Assembly (NCBI GenBank): GCA_020184695.1
Contig: JAANOX010000207.1
Location: forward strand, 293,819-357,818
Direction: 5' to 3'
Length of the DNA stretch: 64,000 nucleotides
Source of the DNA: Histomonas meleagridis 2922-C6/04-290x
Taxonomy: Eukaryota > Protista > Parabasalia
Shown here piece by piece: positions 32,435 through 42,708 of this stretch (position 1 is the first letter of the stretch; every line of letters starts with the position of its first letter). The notes beneath the pieces were generated by a model that was given only the letters and a program-made list of their open reading frames with translations, did not search any database and had not been told where the DNA came from. Made by a program: the position numbers and the translations under genes.

Positions 32435-33802
32435 TTATTCTAGTATTTCTTGGAAATATTTCCCGTTTTCTTGTAAATATTGACTTTTTTCATCTTCACT
32501 CATTAGAATCCATTTTTGTAACGCAATGTCTGCTTTTGTTGGCTGCTTTAACAAAGAACCGTGTGATTCAATTCTTTCTCTCACTGGGAAAACGCATCTG
32601 AAATCACCGCATCTTTGTAGTGTTATTTCATATTCATAGATAACTGCGATTTCTGCTGCGTTTTCGGGTTCGAATTTGGTGATCAAGTCATGGACGGTTG
32701 GAACGGCTTCTGACGGTTTTGGTATCATGCCGATGTTAAATAGGTCGCGCACAACAGGCGCCTTGACATACATATCAAGTTTCGAAGATGTGCCCAGAGC
32801 TGGAGTTACATTGACTTCAAGGACATAGGGGTTTCCATCAGAATCAAGCATTACATCAAATCCAAACATTTCAAATGATAGTCTATGATTGTTCTGCGAC
32901 ATGAAAGTTTCTCTGGATGCTATCAAGACAGTTACAATGGCGTCTTCAATCTGACTTCGGACTTTATTTGAATCATAGCCATGCTCATCAAGATAAGGCC
33001 AAAATGGATTATGCGTCCATTTGTTTCCTTTCCCATCTTCAGAGAGATCATCTGTTGCTTTGAATAATGGATTATGTCTATTGATTGAAAAGTTGGTCAA
33101 ATGCGCTGATACATTGTCTATATCTTCCACGTTTTCTTCGTACTTCTCTGTTGCAAGACGAACCAATCCGTTCTTGTGTATATAGATTTGAAGAGGATCT
33201 AATGAAGTAACTGCAACATAAAATCTGAGGTCAAATTTAAGTCCATTTATAAGCATTGGATTGGAAATATATCTTTGGATTATACACTTGCTGCTCTTTT
33301 TTGGTAAATCTCGAATGACATGAATTCCTTCACCACGAGCACCACCGCCTGGCTTGGATATCCATAACTCTGATGTAGGGAAAGCTTTTTCCAGTTGTTC
33401 CCACTCATTTGGGAGAAGAAAAGATTGAGGATAAAAAGATGGAAAAGAACCAGTTCTTTCTGCAAAATTTGTCATTACATGGTGATAACCAGACTTTGAG
33501 CCTAATGAAAATGTTTTGTTATAATGAGTAAGTCTTTGATATGGTTTGAGTTTGGCATATGTTGTGCTATCTAAAGGGCCTCCATAAATCAAATTACCTT
33601 TAAGAAGTGTTTCTGTCTCGACGAAACCAGATTTACGGAGAGTTGCATGAACAAGTCTTGCTGCATATCCTTTCCGAGAATAATATCTTTCCTCTTTATC
33701 TTCAACTGGTGGATCACCTTCCATTCGGAAACTAAAAAATGATAGTGGATATGGATTCTCTTTTTGATATTCTTGGAATGCTCGGCTACTTGTGTTCATC
33801 AA
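32435..33802 (-). CDS. Tubulin-tyrosine-ligase-like (TTLL) polyglutamylase-type enzyme
   Basis: WISKPGGGARGEGI, IIQRYISNPMLINGLKFDLRFYV, RLATEKY, HLTNFSIN, FEMFGFDVMLD and LEVNVTP motifs. Confidence 0.92.
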   Translation of the reverse strand: MMNTSSRAFQEYQKENPYPLSFFSFRMEGDPPVEDKEERYYSRKGYAARLVHATLRKSGFVETETLLKGNLIYGGPLDSTTYAKLKPYQRLTHYNKTFSLGSKSGYHHVMTNFAERTGSFPSFYPQSFLLPNEWEQLEKAFPTSELWISKPGGGARGEGIHVIRDLPKKSSKCIIQRYISNPMLINGLKFDLRFYVAVTSLDPLQIYIHKNGLVRLATEKYEENVEDIDNVSAHLTNFSINRHNPLFKATDDLSEDGKGNKWTHNPFWPYLDEHGYDSNKVRSQIEDAIVTVLIASRETFMSQNNHRLSFEMFGFDVMLDSDGNPYVLEVNVTPALGTSSKLDMYVKAPVVRDLFNIGMIPKPSEAVPTVHDLITKFEPENAAEIAVIYEYEITLQRCGDFRCVFPVRERIESHGSLLKQPTKADIALQKWILMSEDEKSQYLQENGKYFQEILE

Positions 33803-34104
33803 ACACTGATTTTAGAGGTGGGTGCTTGACCAGATAAAACCGTCGGTATCGTTCGTATCGTCTGACTTTATCAAAACAGTTTTATTTTTTAGTCTGAATG
33901 ACTCCAAGCAATAGTTTGAAATGTATACTCAAAACAATCTTTTAAACGTTTTATACTGAAAATGATGATTTATGTTTTCTATTAAACTCGGCTCCTTTAA
34001 AAGAGATTTCGACACGGTGACCGTTATGGTCGTCTGACGACATTTTCGAATTTTTTCTGTTTAACCGTTTATCAAAAAAGGCGCCAAAAAGAAAAAACGG
34101 AAAG

Positions 34105-34112
34105 CTAACGGT
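34105..34112 (+). promoter_or_regulatory. M3/Myb-recognition-like element TAACGGTC
   Basis: Lies 11 nt before the Myb ATG. The same TAACGGTY occurs 7 nt before ATG 15738 (15723-15730) and 9 nt before ATG 22176 (22193-22186, minus strand). Confidence 0.5.
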
Positions 34113-34123
34113 CATTTAATTCA

Positions 34124-34981
34124 ATGGGTTTAACGGTTTCTGTGATTTCAAAATTAAATCCACAAATGCTTGCAGAAACATCAGCACCAACTGAACCTCC
34201 ACCAGCGCTTGCTCCGACTCGTACTCGAAATAGGATGCGTTCAGGAGTTTCAAAATGGACACCAGAAGAAGATGAGCTTTTAGCTAAGCTTGTTCAACAA
34301 TCTGAAGACTGGGCACAAATAGCAACTAATTTCCCGAACAAAACAGCTAAACAGGTTCTTGCCCATTGGAAGAAAGTTGCTAACCCATCTATTGTCCGCG
34401 GGTCATGGAGTTATGCTGAGGATCAAACAATCATTAACTGGGTAAATACAAACGGTCCAACTAAGTGGTGCTCACTTGCTGAGCTCCTTCCAGGTCGCAT
34501 TGCAAAACAATGTCGAGAGAGGTGGTGTAATCATTTGAATCCAGAAATCAAAAAGGAACCTTTTACCCCTGAAGAGGACAGAATAATATTAACTACTATA
34601 CAACAGATAGGGAAGAAGTGGGCTGAGATTGCTAAGCTCCTTCCAGGTCGTACAGATAATTCGGTCAAAAACAGATGGAACTCGACTCTTAAGAAGAAAA
34701 CATCTTCGCTCGAAGAATTGCAAGTGAATCCTATAGATCCTGCAATGACAGAACTAATGCAACATGAGGGAATTAGTAATAATTCAAACGATGTCTCACT
34801 TCAAAACATTCCAATAACTGCAGAGGCATCAGAAACATTGGCATCGCTAATGCAAAATGGCCAAATTGATCCTAATACACTTAATAATATGCAAATTGAC
34901 CAAATAGCCTCTGCAATTGCAGGTCCACAAAATGAAGCAGTACAAAATAATGAACAAAAGGAAGGAGAACAAAATAATTAA
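34124..34981 (+). CDS. Three-repeat (R1R2R3) Myb transcription factor
   Basis: [31 protein letters not shown] and [25 protein letters not shown]. Confidence 0.92.
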   Translation: MGLTVSVISKLNPQMLAETSAPTEPPPALAPTRTRNRMRSGVSKWTPEEDELLAKLVQQSEDWAQIATNFPNKTAKQVLAHWKKVANPSIVRGSWSYAEDQTIINWVNTNGPTKWCSLAELLPGRIAKQCRERWCNHLNPEIKKEPFTPEEDRIILTTIQQIGKKWAEIAKLLPGRTDNSVKNRWNSTLKKKTSSLEELQVNPIDPAMTELMQHEGISNNSNDVSLQNIPITAEASETLASLMQNGQIDPNTLNNMQIDQIASAIAGPQNEAVQNNEQKEGEQNN

Positions 34982-35601
34982 AATGCTTTTGAATTCAAAC
35001 ATACGTTTGATTATGTTTTTAAAATATGTTAAAAGTTTTTAAAGAAAAACTTGCTGTTTAAGAAATGCATGAGTTTGAATGGAAAATAATTTAAAGAATG
35101 TTTTCCTTAAGGTAACACACATTCGCCTTAAGTTTCCTATTCTTTTCATTAAAATCAAAACATTACAAAAAGTGATAAGCTTATTTTTGTTCAATAAAAT
35201 GTTGATTCTTAGGTTATCAAACCTATACTTATTTCATTCATAATCACTCAAGCTAATGAAGTTAAAATTTAAGTTTACTATTTAACATAATGCGTTTAAA
35301 TATAATTACCTTGAATTTAAACTTTTATCAAAAATTACAAAATAAAAACATTTTCATAATGAAAATTAATATATAATAAAATTAAAAGCTCTTTAAAACG
35401 ATCCGATATTTATAATTTAAGCATAATTTTTTCATGATAACTAAATAATTCTAAATTACTATTAACTCTGTTTTAAAAAATATTTTCCTTTTAATTATCA
35501 TAACAATATTTTTAATTAAAAAAAAATATTTTAAACAAAAACAATTTATTCCAAAATATATTTTATAAAAATTTCATTAACTTTTACTTCCAAACTGTAC
35601 A

Positions 35602-37224
35602 TTAAATAAATTTGTTCAACTCCTCCAAGAAGTTATTTGGTGTCAGCATCTTTGTGCACCCATAAATCACCCCCACGCCAGCGCTTTTATTTTCCTCATT
35701 TATCCAATACACGCCGTCAGCCTCTGCGACACATCCGCTTCCCACCACGAACGCGATAACATTTTTTGGTTTCACATTTATACTCACTGCATCATTTCCT
35801 AATGGATCGATCACTTTCAAATTTTTATAATTTCCGTTAATCACTTTCTTAATTTTATTTACAATTGGATAATATTTTCGGAATTCATATTCATCTTCGC
35901 CGTATTTACTTTCGAAGAATTCCTTTAAACTTCCGGAAGATTTCTTCAGTACTTTTAACCTTTCGAATTCCATTTTGTCAAGTAATTGAAAAACAATATT
36001 CGGAATATCAATTGGAGATTGTTTTAATTTTTCGATATTATCTTGTGAAAGAGTATCGAAAAGATATGAAATGAGTATAATACGTTCGCGATCATTTATA
36101 TCTTTTATTGTATTTAATGTTTTTTGTAATTCTGAAAAATCGCCTGATATACGTGAAAACATATGAAACTCTTCTTTCAAAAGCAAATGTTTATGTTTCG
36201 CTGGTTCTATCATAGAATTACATATTTCTGTATGTAATGCACTAATGTCTTGTTTGGAAATAATTGAATCTCGTTGTGAGAACATAACTGCAGCATTACT
36301 TTTAATTGATTCGATTTGCTTCTGAAGTTTTGTTACATATTTATTTGTGTTATTAAGGACATCACCAAATAATAAATGTTGATTTTCATACCAAAATGAA
36401 TCATTATTTTCATCTAAAGTATGTTCTTCGCCTTTGATAGTAATATGATTAATAGAATCTTTTGTAAGAATATCATTAACAAGTGAGCCATATGTAAAAC
36501 TATGATGAAGTGGAATTGCTATATCACTACTTCGATTAAATAACAATAGTAACGGTCGCGATTCAGAGCGTATTAAAGTTTTGGGAAGTTTACTTAGCTT
36601 GGCGGTTAATTTTGATGCTAAATTCTCTAATATGGGAGAATCTAATTGATATGCAATGTATGGAATTTCCCCAAAGGTGGCAGACACTGAAATAAGCTTT
36701 TTAGTTATTATGTCATATGCTTTGTTTAAATCAGATTCAGTGGCATTGAACGAAAATAATGATTTGTTAAGTGAGTCATCTGGTAAAATTTCGAAAACAA
36801 TATGATCAATAACTTTAAAGTCTATATGTTGATCAAATATATTTTTAATTGAATTGCAATTCGAACTTTTAGAAATAAGCTCAGCTAATTTATGAAGATT
36901 ATTTTTGCTAACTTTAGATGTAAAATTAATACTTACTTCGTCATAAAGACCTTCTGAAATATCTTTCGAAATTTTTTCGAGATTAGAAAAAGTGGAATCA
37001 ACAAAATATATTGTAGAAACATTCTCGATTTTTGTACGAGGGGTGTCTATGTGTGAATGAAAAGTAATTCCAAAGTTTGATAATAAATCAGGATCAAAGT
37101 ATGATGTCAAAATTGAAAGACCAGCATCATCATATATTAAAATCTTCCATTTTTGATTTGATTGCTTTGTTTCATTGATGTTGAGAATTTTTTCTAGTTT
37201 TGATTTTTGTCTTTCTCTGAGCAT
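35602..37224 (-). CDS. SLY1: Sec1/Munc18 family protein, Sly1-like
   Basis: WKILIYDDAG, FGITFH, TIYFVDST, RPLLLLFNRSSDIAIPLHHSFTYGSLVNDIL, AFVVGSG and IYGCT motifs. Confidence 0.85.
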   Translation of the reverse strand: MLRERQKSKLEKILNINETKQSNQKWKILIYDDAGLSILTSYFDPDLLSNFGITFHSHIDTPRTKIENVSTIYFVDSTFSNLEKISKDISEGLYDEVSINFTSKVSKNNLHKLAELISKSSNCNSIKNIFDQHIDFKVIDHIVFEILPDDSLNKSLFSFNATESDLNKAYDIITKKLISVSATFGEIPYIAYQLDSPILENLASKLTAKLSKLPKTLIRSESRPLLLLFNRSSDIAIPLHHSFTYGSLVNDILTKDSINHITIKGEEHTLDENNDSFWYENQHLLFGDVLNNTNKYVTKLQKQIESIKSNAAVMFSQRDSIISKQDISALHTEICNSMIEPAKHKHLLLKEEFHMFSRISGDFSELQKTLNTIKDINDRERIILISYLFDTLSQDNIEKLKQSPIDIPNIVFQLLDKMEFERLKVLKKSSGSLKEFFESKYGEDEYEFRKYYPIVNKIKKVINGNYKNLKVIDPLGNDAVSINVKPKNVIAFVVGSGCVAEADGVYWINEENKSAGVGVIYGCTKMLTPNNFLEELNKFI

Positions 37225-37405
37225 ATTATGAAATGCTATGTGAAAATTTCTATTGGGGTGCCCCTTAAGACAAAATTTGGCATTTTCAATATTGAAAAAA
37301 TCATTTTCTCCTTATATTAATACATAAGTTTATCATTATTTCTCGCTGAAAATATAAATTTTAAAATAAAAAAAAATCTATTTATTTACATTAACATCAA
37401 TACAT

Positions 37406-39490
37406 TTATTCGAGTTCCGTTGACCATTCTCCCATAATTGGAGCAATTGGAATATGAACGAATATTGGTGAATGCATTCCGCAGAAAGGGCAACCATCTG
37501 CTTCTGAATCACGACCCAAGTCAATTTGTGTATTTTTTATTTTTGAATATAAACTATTACAGCAAATCTTATGAAACACATGTCCGCACGAAAAAACAGA
37601 AACAAAACCTTTTCCAAGTGCATTTTTGCAAGCGCTACACATGTCACTTTTTGTAATGTTTTTATTTATTTTGTGAATTATAACTTTTTTCTGTTCGATT
37701 TCTTGGATTAGTTTTGTTTCTTCTCTGTTTTTAACAATATTTCTCATTTCATTGTCTAATTTAGCGCCGGCCATTTTTAGAAAACCGGAAATTTCACCAA
37801 AACTTTTATTTGATGAATTTTGTAGTTCATTAATTAAATTATTAAAAATTTCATTTTGTTCATTTTTATCAATTTTATTTAAACTTTTTGATTTTATATT
37901 TCCAGACTTTAGTTTCGATCTACAAAATTTATATTCATCTTCTAAACCAAGATATTCAGCAACGAAAGCAGCTTTTTCCCAATTTTCATTTGTTTTTAAT
38001 TGCTCATATATATAAAATGGGTTTTTAAAATGTTTAATGTTATCAATTTCATTATTTAATGAATTACTATATAAACCGAAGAATGAAAATTGTGCGCAAA
38101 TTCTTTCGATATTTTCTTTATCGATTTGTGAAATATTTTGAATGATGAAAGGAATTGCTGAAAAATTATCATCTTTAGTAAGTAATGTAAGTGATAAATT
38201 TGGCCATTTTTTAATTAATTTTGAAATCGGTGCATTTTCGGTTCCAAATTTTTTAATAAGAATTAAAACTTGATTTAAATTAAGTTTACATTCTTCAAAA
38301 ATTTGTAATGAAATTCGTTCTTCAAGAATATTATAAGCTGAAACAAACCTATAAATTTCTGATTGTTTATTATTCTTTAAAAGAATTTTATATAATTGTT
38401 CAAATGAAACAATCGAATTATTGGATTTCAAATTAAATAATAGAAGTGGTGACATTTCCGTTGTGTTCTCTTCAGGTAATTTCGAATATTGTTCAACTAA
38501 AAATGGTAATAATATTTGGTCAAGTTCGGGATTTTGTTGTAAAATTTTTATTGTTTCTACAAACCTAAATGTTGGATTTTCTGATTTATATAATGATATT
38601 AATTGATTTGAAATAATTTGTTTCTTATTTAAACGTGGAAATGTGATATGAAAAAGTGAATTTGATGTATAACAAAAAACATTTTCATCTTTTTGAAATA
38701 TTCCAATTATATCATTTAAATGTAAATATGCTTCAAGTAATAATGTATCAAGTGAAAAGGATTCAATAAAATCTTTAAAACAAATAATAAAATGATTATC
38801 TACAACCAAAATTTGAATAATTTTGTTTGGAAGAGTTTCACTTTTTGAAAAGCATGAATTGTGATGTAAAAACATCAAATTGTTGTTGGAATCAAGAGAA
38901 TTTAGATTTATGCGTGAAATACCTTCATCAGTAGAAAAATACACAAAGTTACCACTTGGTCGAAGTGAATAAATTGCCATCGAAAATAGTTGTTTGAATG
39001 ATATTACATCTTGTGTAATATCACAATAATAAAGCCCAGTATCGCTAATAACAAAGAGAATTTGTGGTGGTACAAAAAGAATTTGTTTAGAACCTTCAAT
39101 TTTATAAATTGGATTTTTTGAATTTATTGTACACTTGAATATTTGTTGTGAAGTATCCAAAATAAGGAAATACTTATTGTCAACCCATTCAAAATCCAAA
39201 ACATTTTCGAATTGAAAAACATTAAAATTATCTGATGATATAATTTGGTATAAAACACATTTATGATCCAAATAAATAACTGCAACAGAATGACCATCTA
39301 AACTTGGAAATATGGAATTGATTTTGGAATCGTGTTGATTCGCAAAAAAATGAGAAAATGAATTTGAAGAATATTTAAAATCCCCATTTTTTGCAAATTC
39401 AATTTCCCATTCGTTATTAATCTGCAGAAAAGTAATTCCTTCGGGAAATTCTCTGATAGTTTCTATTTCGAAAGTGGGAATTTTCTGCAT
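37406..39490 (-). CDS. Vps11/Vps18-like tethering subunit (beta-propeller, alpha-solenoid, C-terminal RING-H2)
   Basis: C-terminal CSAC..FSCGHVFHKICC..CPFC preceded by a coiled coil. Likely start ATG 39490. Confidence 0.6.
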   Translation of the reverse strand: MQKIPTFEIETIREFPEGITFLQINNEWEIEFAKNGDFKYSSNSFSHFFANQHDSKINSIFPSLDGHSVAVIYLDHKCVLYQIISSDNFNVFQFENVLDFEWVDNKYFLILDTSQQIFKCTINSKNPIYKIEGSKQILFVPPQILFVISDTGLYYCDITQDVISFKQLFSMAIYSLRPSGNFVYFSTDEGISRINLNSLDSNNNLMFLHHNSCFSKSETLPNKIIQILVVDNHFIICFKDFIESFSLDTLLLEAYLHLNDIIGIFQKDENVFCYTSNSLFHITFPRLNKKQIISNQLISLYKSENPTFRFVETIKILQQNPELDQILLPFLVEQYSKLPEENTTEMSPLLLFNLKSNNSIVSFEQLYKILLKNNKQSEIYRFVSAYNILEERISLQIFEECKLNLNQVLILIKKFGTENAPISKLIKKWPNLSLTLLTKDDNFSAIPFIIQNISQIDKENIERICAQFSFFGLYSNSLNNEIDNIKHFKNPFYIYEQLKTNENWEKAAFVAEYLGLEDEYKFCRSKLKSGNIKSKSLNKIDKNEQNEIFNNLINELQNSSNKSFGEISGFLKMAGAKLDNEMRNIVKNREETKLIQEIEQKKVIIHKINKNITKSDMCSACKNALGKGFVSVFSCGHVFHKICCNSLYSKIKNTQIDLGRDSEADGCPFCGMHSPIFVHIPIAPIMGEWSTELE

Positions 39491-39983
39491 AATGTTGAAT
39501 TTCCTGATTGACAAAAAATATTGAATAAAAATAATTTGGCAAAATAATTTTTTTTCACCAATAGTTCCATCATTTATCATATTTCTTAAGGCGATGATAT
39601 AGAATCATAACATTATCACATTCAAAGCAAAGCACAGAACACAAAATAAATGCAATTTTAATTTATCAAATTATCATAATTAAAATCAAATGAAAAACAA
39701 TGACTCACAACACCACAAGTATTCTTATACCGAAAACTTACTGAGTTTAATGTTGATCATGTTATGAAAGATAAAAAGTATGTTGGCAGACCAACGAGCT
39801 ATCCATGAAAAACAATCAAAGAAGCTAGAATCCTGCCTTGTTGTATCCGTTGTATTAATGAAACTCTCCCATAAACAAAGAAGAGAGCCCAACAAAGGAA
39901 ATTGACAAAACCTTCCAAGACATGTTATGTGAAAAGTATCAAAATAAACGTACTTTTTGGTAGAGTAAAATTCCTTTTTTTAA

Positions 39984-42482
39984 ATGGAACATGAAGAATT
40001 CATGTTTCACCTTAAAAACATATGCGAACCAAATTCAAACGGGAGAGAAACTTCAGAGAAAATAATTTTCGGTCTTCGTTCAAATAATATTAATTTATTT
40101 ATGGATTTACTTTCTGATGCACTTTTATCAAATAGCCCACCTCAATTAGTTTCTCTTTCTCTTGTAATACTCCGCGATTCTGTACGTCCAAGATCTGTTC
40201 TACCTATTGAACAAATAAGACATGGTTGGTTTAATCAAGAATTTGTGAATACAAGAGAACGCTTAAAACAAGCAGCTCTAAACTTTATTGCAGTTGAAAA
40301 TGTTACAGTCCAAAATCTAGCAGCAGCAGCAATTGCTCAAATTTTATTAATCGAAATGAAAGAATGGGAATCAGTTATTGAGCTGCTTGCAAATGCTCTT
40401 TCAATTTTAACAACACCTACTCAACTTAAAATTGGCATTATAAAAACGTTTCATGAAATTTTTCTTCTCCCAATTTTTTTGCCATCGACACCACTTGAAT
40501 TATTACCAGTCGGATTATCAACTTTGCTTCAAACCTTAATCAAATATCTTGAAGAAAAAGATATTCGGTATATATCAGCACTTTGTATTCTTGATATGAT
40601 TCGTGTAGTACCTTCAATTTTTAATAACCAGCAAAGGATTGAAGTATTATTATCATCTTTTTATCCAGTTCTTCCTTCTTCTGACATTCCTCTTTATCGT
40701 ACGATACATGACATTTTAATTGAAATTTCAAAGCAATTTTACAGCAACATTCAGTGCTTTATGGAAAAAGTGTTCGACATCACGTACAAAGGAATTATTT
40801 GTCCAAATCGGGAAGAATCCGAAATCTCATTTGAATATTGGGTTTTCTTATGTAAGTTTGAGAAACATCGAGTTGATTCATATCGAATTACCGAGACAGT
40901 TCTCCCAAAAATTCTTGATGTTGCATTTACTATTCTTACTAATTCCATCAGAAATCAAACTAATTATAATCCTAATGATTATAACTTATTAATAACATAT
41001 TTACGTATTTTTTATAACGCATTTCCAATTTTAGTTCTTGAGCGATTTGAACCATTTATTCGCGAGAACATTAATAACTTTAATAGTATTAACATTGATG
41101 TCTCATTAAAAATGTTATACTCATTATGTGGTAAAACGAATGAATCCGAACAATTAATATCGGAAATGTTTGAAACTCTTTTGTTTTGTGTTGAGAATCA
41201 AAACATTCACATTGTGATTGATTCATTAAAAGTCATTGAATCATCGATACAAACGACAAAAATCATATCACAAAACTCGAAAACATTTGAAGCGTTAATA
41301 TCATTAAATGAAATAATATCCAAAAACGAAAATATTTTAATTTATTATTTGAATATTATCATTGAACTTTGTTTAAATTCGAATTCTAAGTTAATGAAAT
41401 TATATTTTAATCAACTACATAACATATTAATTAATTATTATTTAAATCAAAACGTTTATATTAAAAATATTGAAACTAAAAATCAATTATTTAAAGCATT
41501 TATTTCAATATATTATAAAACTCCAATTGATGACTTACAACCGCAATTTATTGAATCGTTTACATTTTTCTATCGGCAGCTGACACTTTTCCTATCGGAC
41601 ACTATTTTTCAGGTCACAAGTCAGCAGCAATTAATTCCTATTGTACATATATTAATCGAAATTATACGAAAGTTAAGTTGGGAATTAAAACCTTTTTTAA
41701 ATGATTTATGTGAAACACTATTTACCTTTTTAAGATATCAACAAGCATTAATATATGATGAAATTTTAAACTTATTTTCAACATTATGTCAAAAACAAAA
41801 AGGAGAAATGTTACCATTTAAGGACAAAATATTTAATTCTATTCACGTTGGATTAATATCACAATCACCAAGTATTATTAATTCTTCTTCATTACTTTTA
41901 TGTGATTTTATTAAATTTGTTTATTCGGAAGAATATGAAATTTTATTACAAGAAATATTCGAAATTTTAGAAAATCCAAATGAAGAATTCATGAACACAA
42001 TATATCCTTCAATAATAAAATCGATTTCGTATATAATACAAAAGAAATTGGATAAATTTCCTTTCCGTTTTCTTGATAAATATTTCGACTTAGTAAATAA
42101 TTTGTTGGAAAGACCAATAAATGAAAATAATAAATTTAATAACGCGGCGTTATTCGACGCCTGTTTTTCCGCTTTTGCGTCGTTTTATAAGTTAAAACAT
42201 ATGTTAAATGTGGAATCGGATATGAAACTGTTAAACGAAACTAAAAATTTCTTGAAAAAGTTCCCGAGAAAATGTTTGGAAACAAATTCTTTCGATATGT
42301 TCACGTTGGAATCTCTTTGTTGTTTACTGCATGAAATCGGTGATATGTTCGGAGCAAAAATAGCGCAGACGTTGAACATTAAACCAATAAAAGAGTTACT
42401 CGAAAAAGGAACGAAATTAAAAGATGCGGACTATGCAAAGAAATGCAAAGATACACTTAAATATATTAAAAATGTACATTAA
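39984..42482 (+). CDS. Importin-beta/karyopherin-beta-like HEAT protein
   Basis: IBN-like N-terminus (RERLKQAAL..AAAIAQILLIEMKEWESV), SFEYWVFLCKFE, about 830 aa, ending KKCKDTLKYI. Confidence 0.75.
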   Translation: MEHEEFMFHLKNICEPNSNGRETSEKIIFGLRSNNINLFMDLLSDALLSNSPPQLVSLSLVILRDSVRPRSVLPIEQIRHGWFNQEFVNTRERLKQAALNFIAVENVTVQNLAAAAIAQILLIEMKEWESVIELLANALSILTTPTQLKIGIIKTFHEIFLLPIFLPSTPLELLPVGLSTLLQTLIKYLEEKDIRYISALCILDMIRVVPSIFNNQQRIEVLLSSFYPVLPSSDIPLYRTIHDILIEISKQFYSNIQCFMEKVFDITYKGIICPNREESEISFEYWVFLCKFEKHRVDSYRITETVLPKILDVAFTILTNSIRNQTNYNPNDYNLLITYLRIFYNAFPILVLERFEPFIRENINNFNSINIDVSLKMLYSLCGKTNESEQLISEMFETLLFCVENQNIHIVIDSLKVIESSIQTTKIISQNSKTFEALISLNEIISKNENILIYYLNIIIELCLNSNSKLMKLYFNQLHNILINYYLNQNVYIKNIETKNQLFKAFISIYYKTPIDDLQPQFIESFTFFYRQLTLFLSDTIFQVTSQQQLIPIVHILIEIIRKLSWELKPFLNDLCETLFTFLRYQQALIYDEILNLFSTLCQKQKGEMLPFKDKIFNSIHVGLISQSPSIINSSSLLLCDFIKFVYSEEYEILLQEIFEILENPNEEFMNTIYPSIIKSISYIIQKKLDKFPFRFLDKYFDLVNNLLERPINENNKFNNAALFDACFSAFASFYKLKHMLNVESDMKLLNETKNFLKKFPRKCLETNSFDMFTLESLCCLLHEIGDMFGAKIAQTLNIKPIKELLEKGTKLKDADYAKKCKDTLKYIKNVH

Positions 42483-42708
42483 CTTTTTATTCATTTTTTT
42501 TTATTGAGTTATAAAATGAAACAAAATTAAATTATTTATTAAAAGAATGTTTTTTTTTAAATAAATTTTCATTAATGAAAACTTAATTAAAAATCTTTGC
42601 TTTAATTTATTTTCAAAAAATCAGATTTACGTATAAAATATTTATAAAAAATATAAAAAAGTTATTTAAATAAAATAAAATTTTTTCTTTACAAAAATGT
42701 TTACAAAA

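Noticed and set aside
39780-39930. GC-richer intergenic island (possible ncRNA or micro-ORF)
   Set aside because: No tRNA or snoRNA box structure recognised, and only short ORFs of about 55 codons or fewer.
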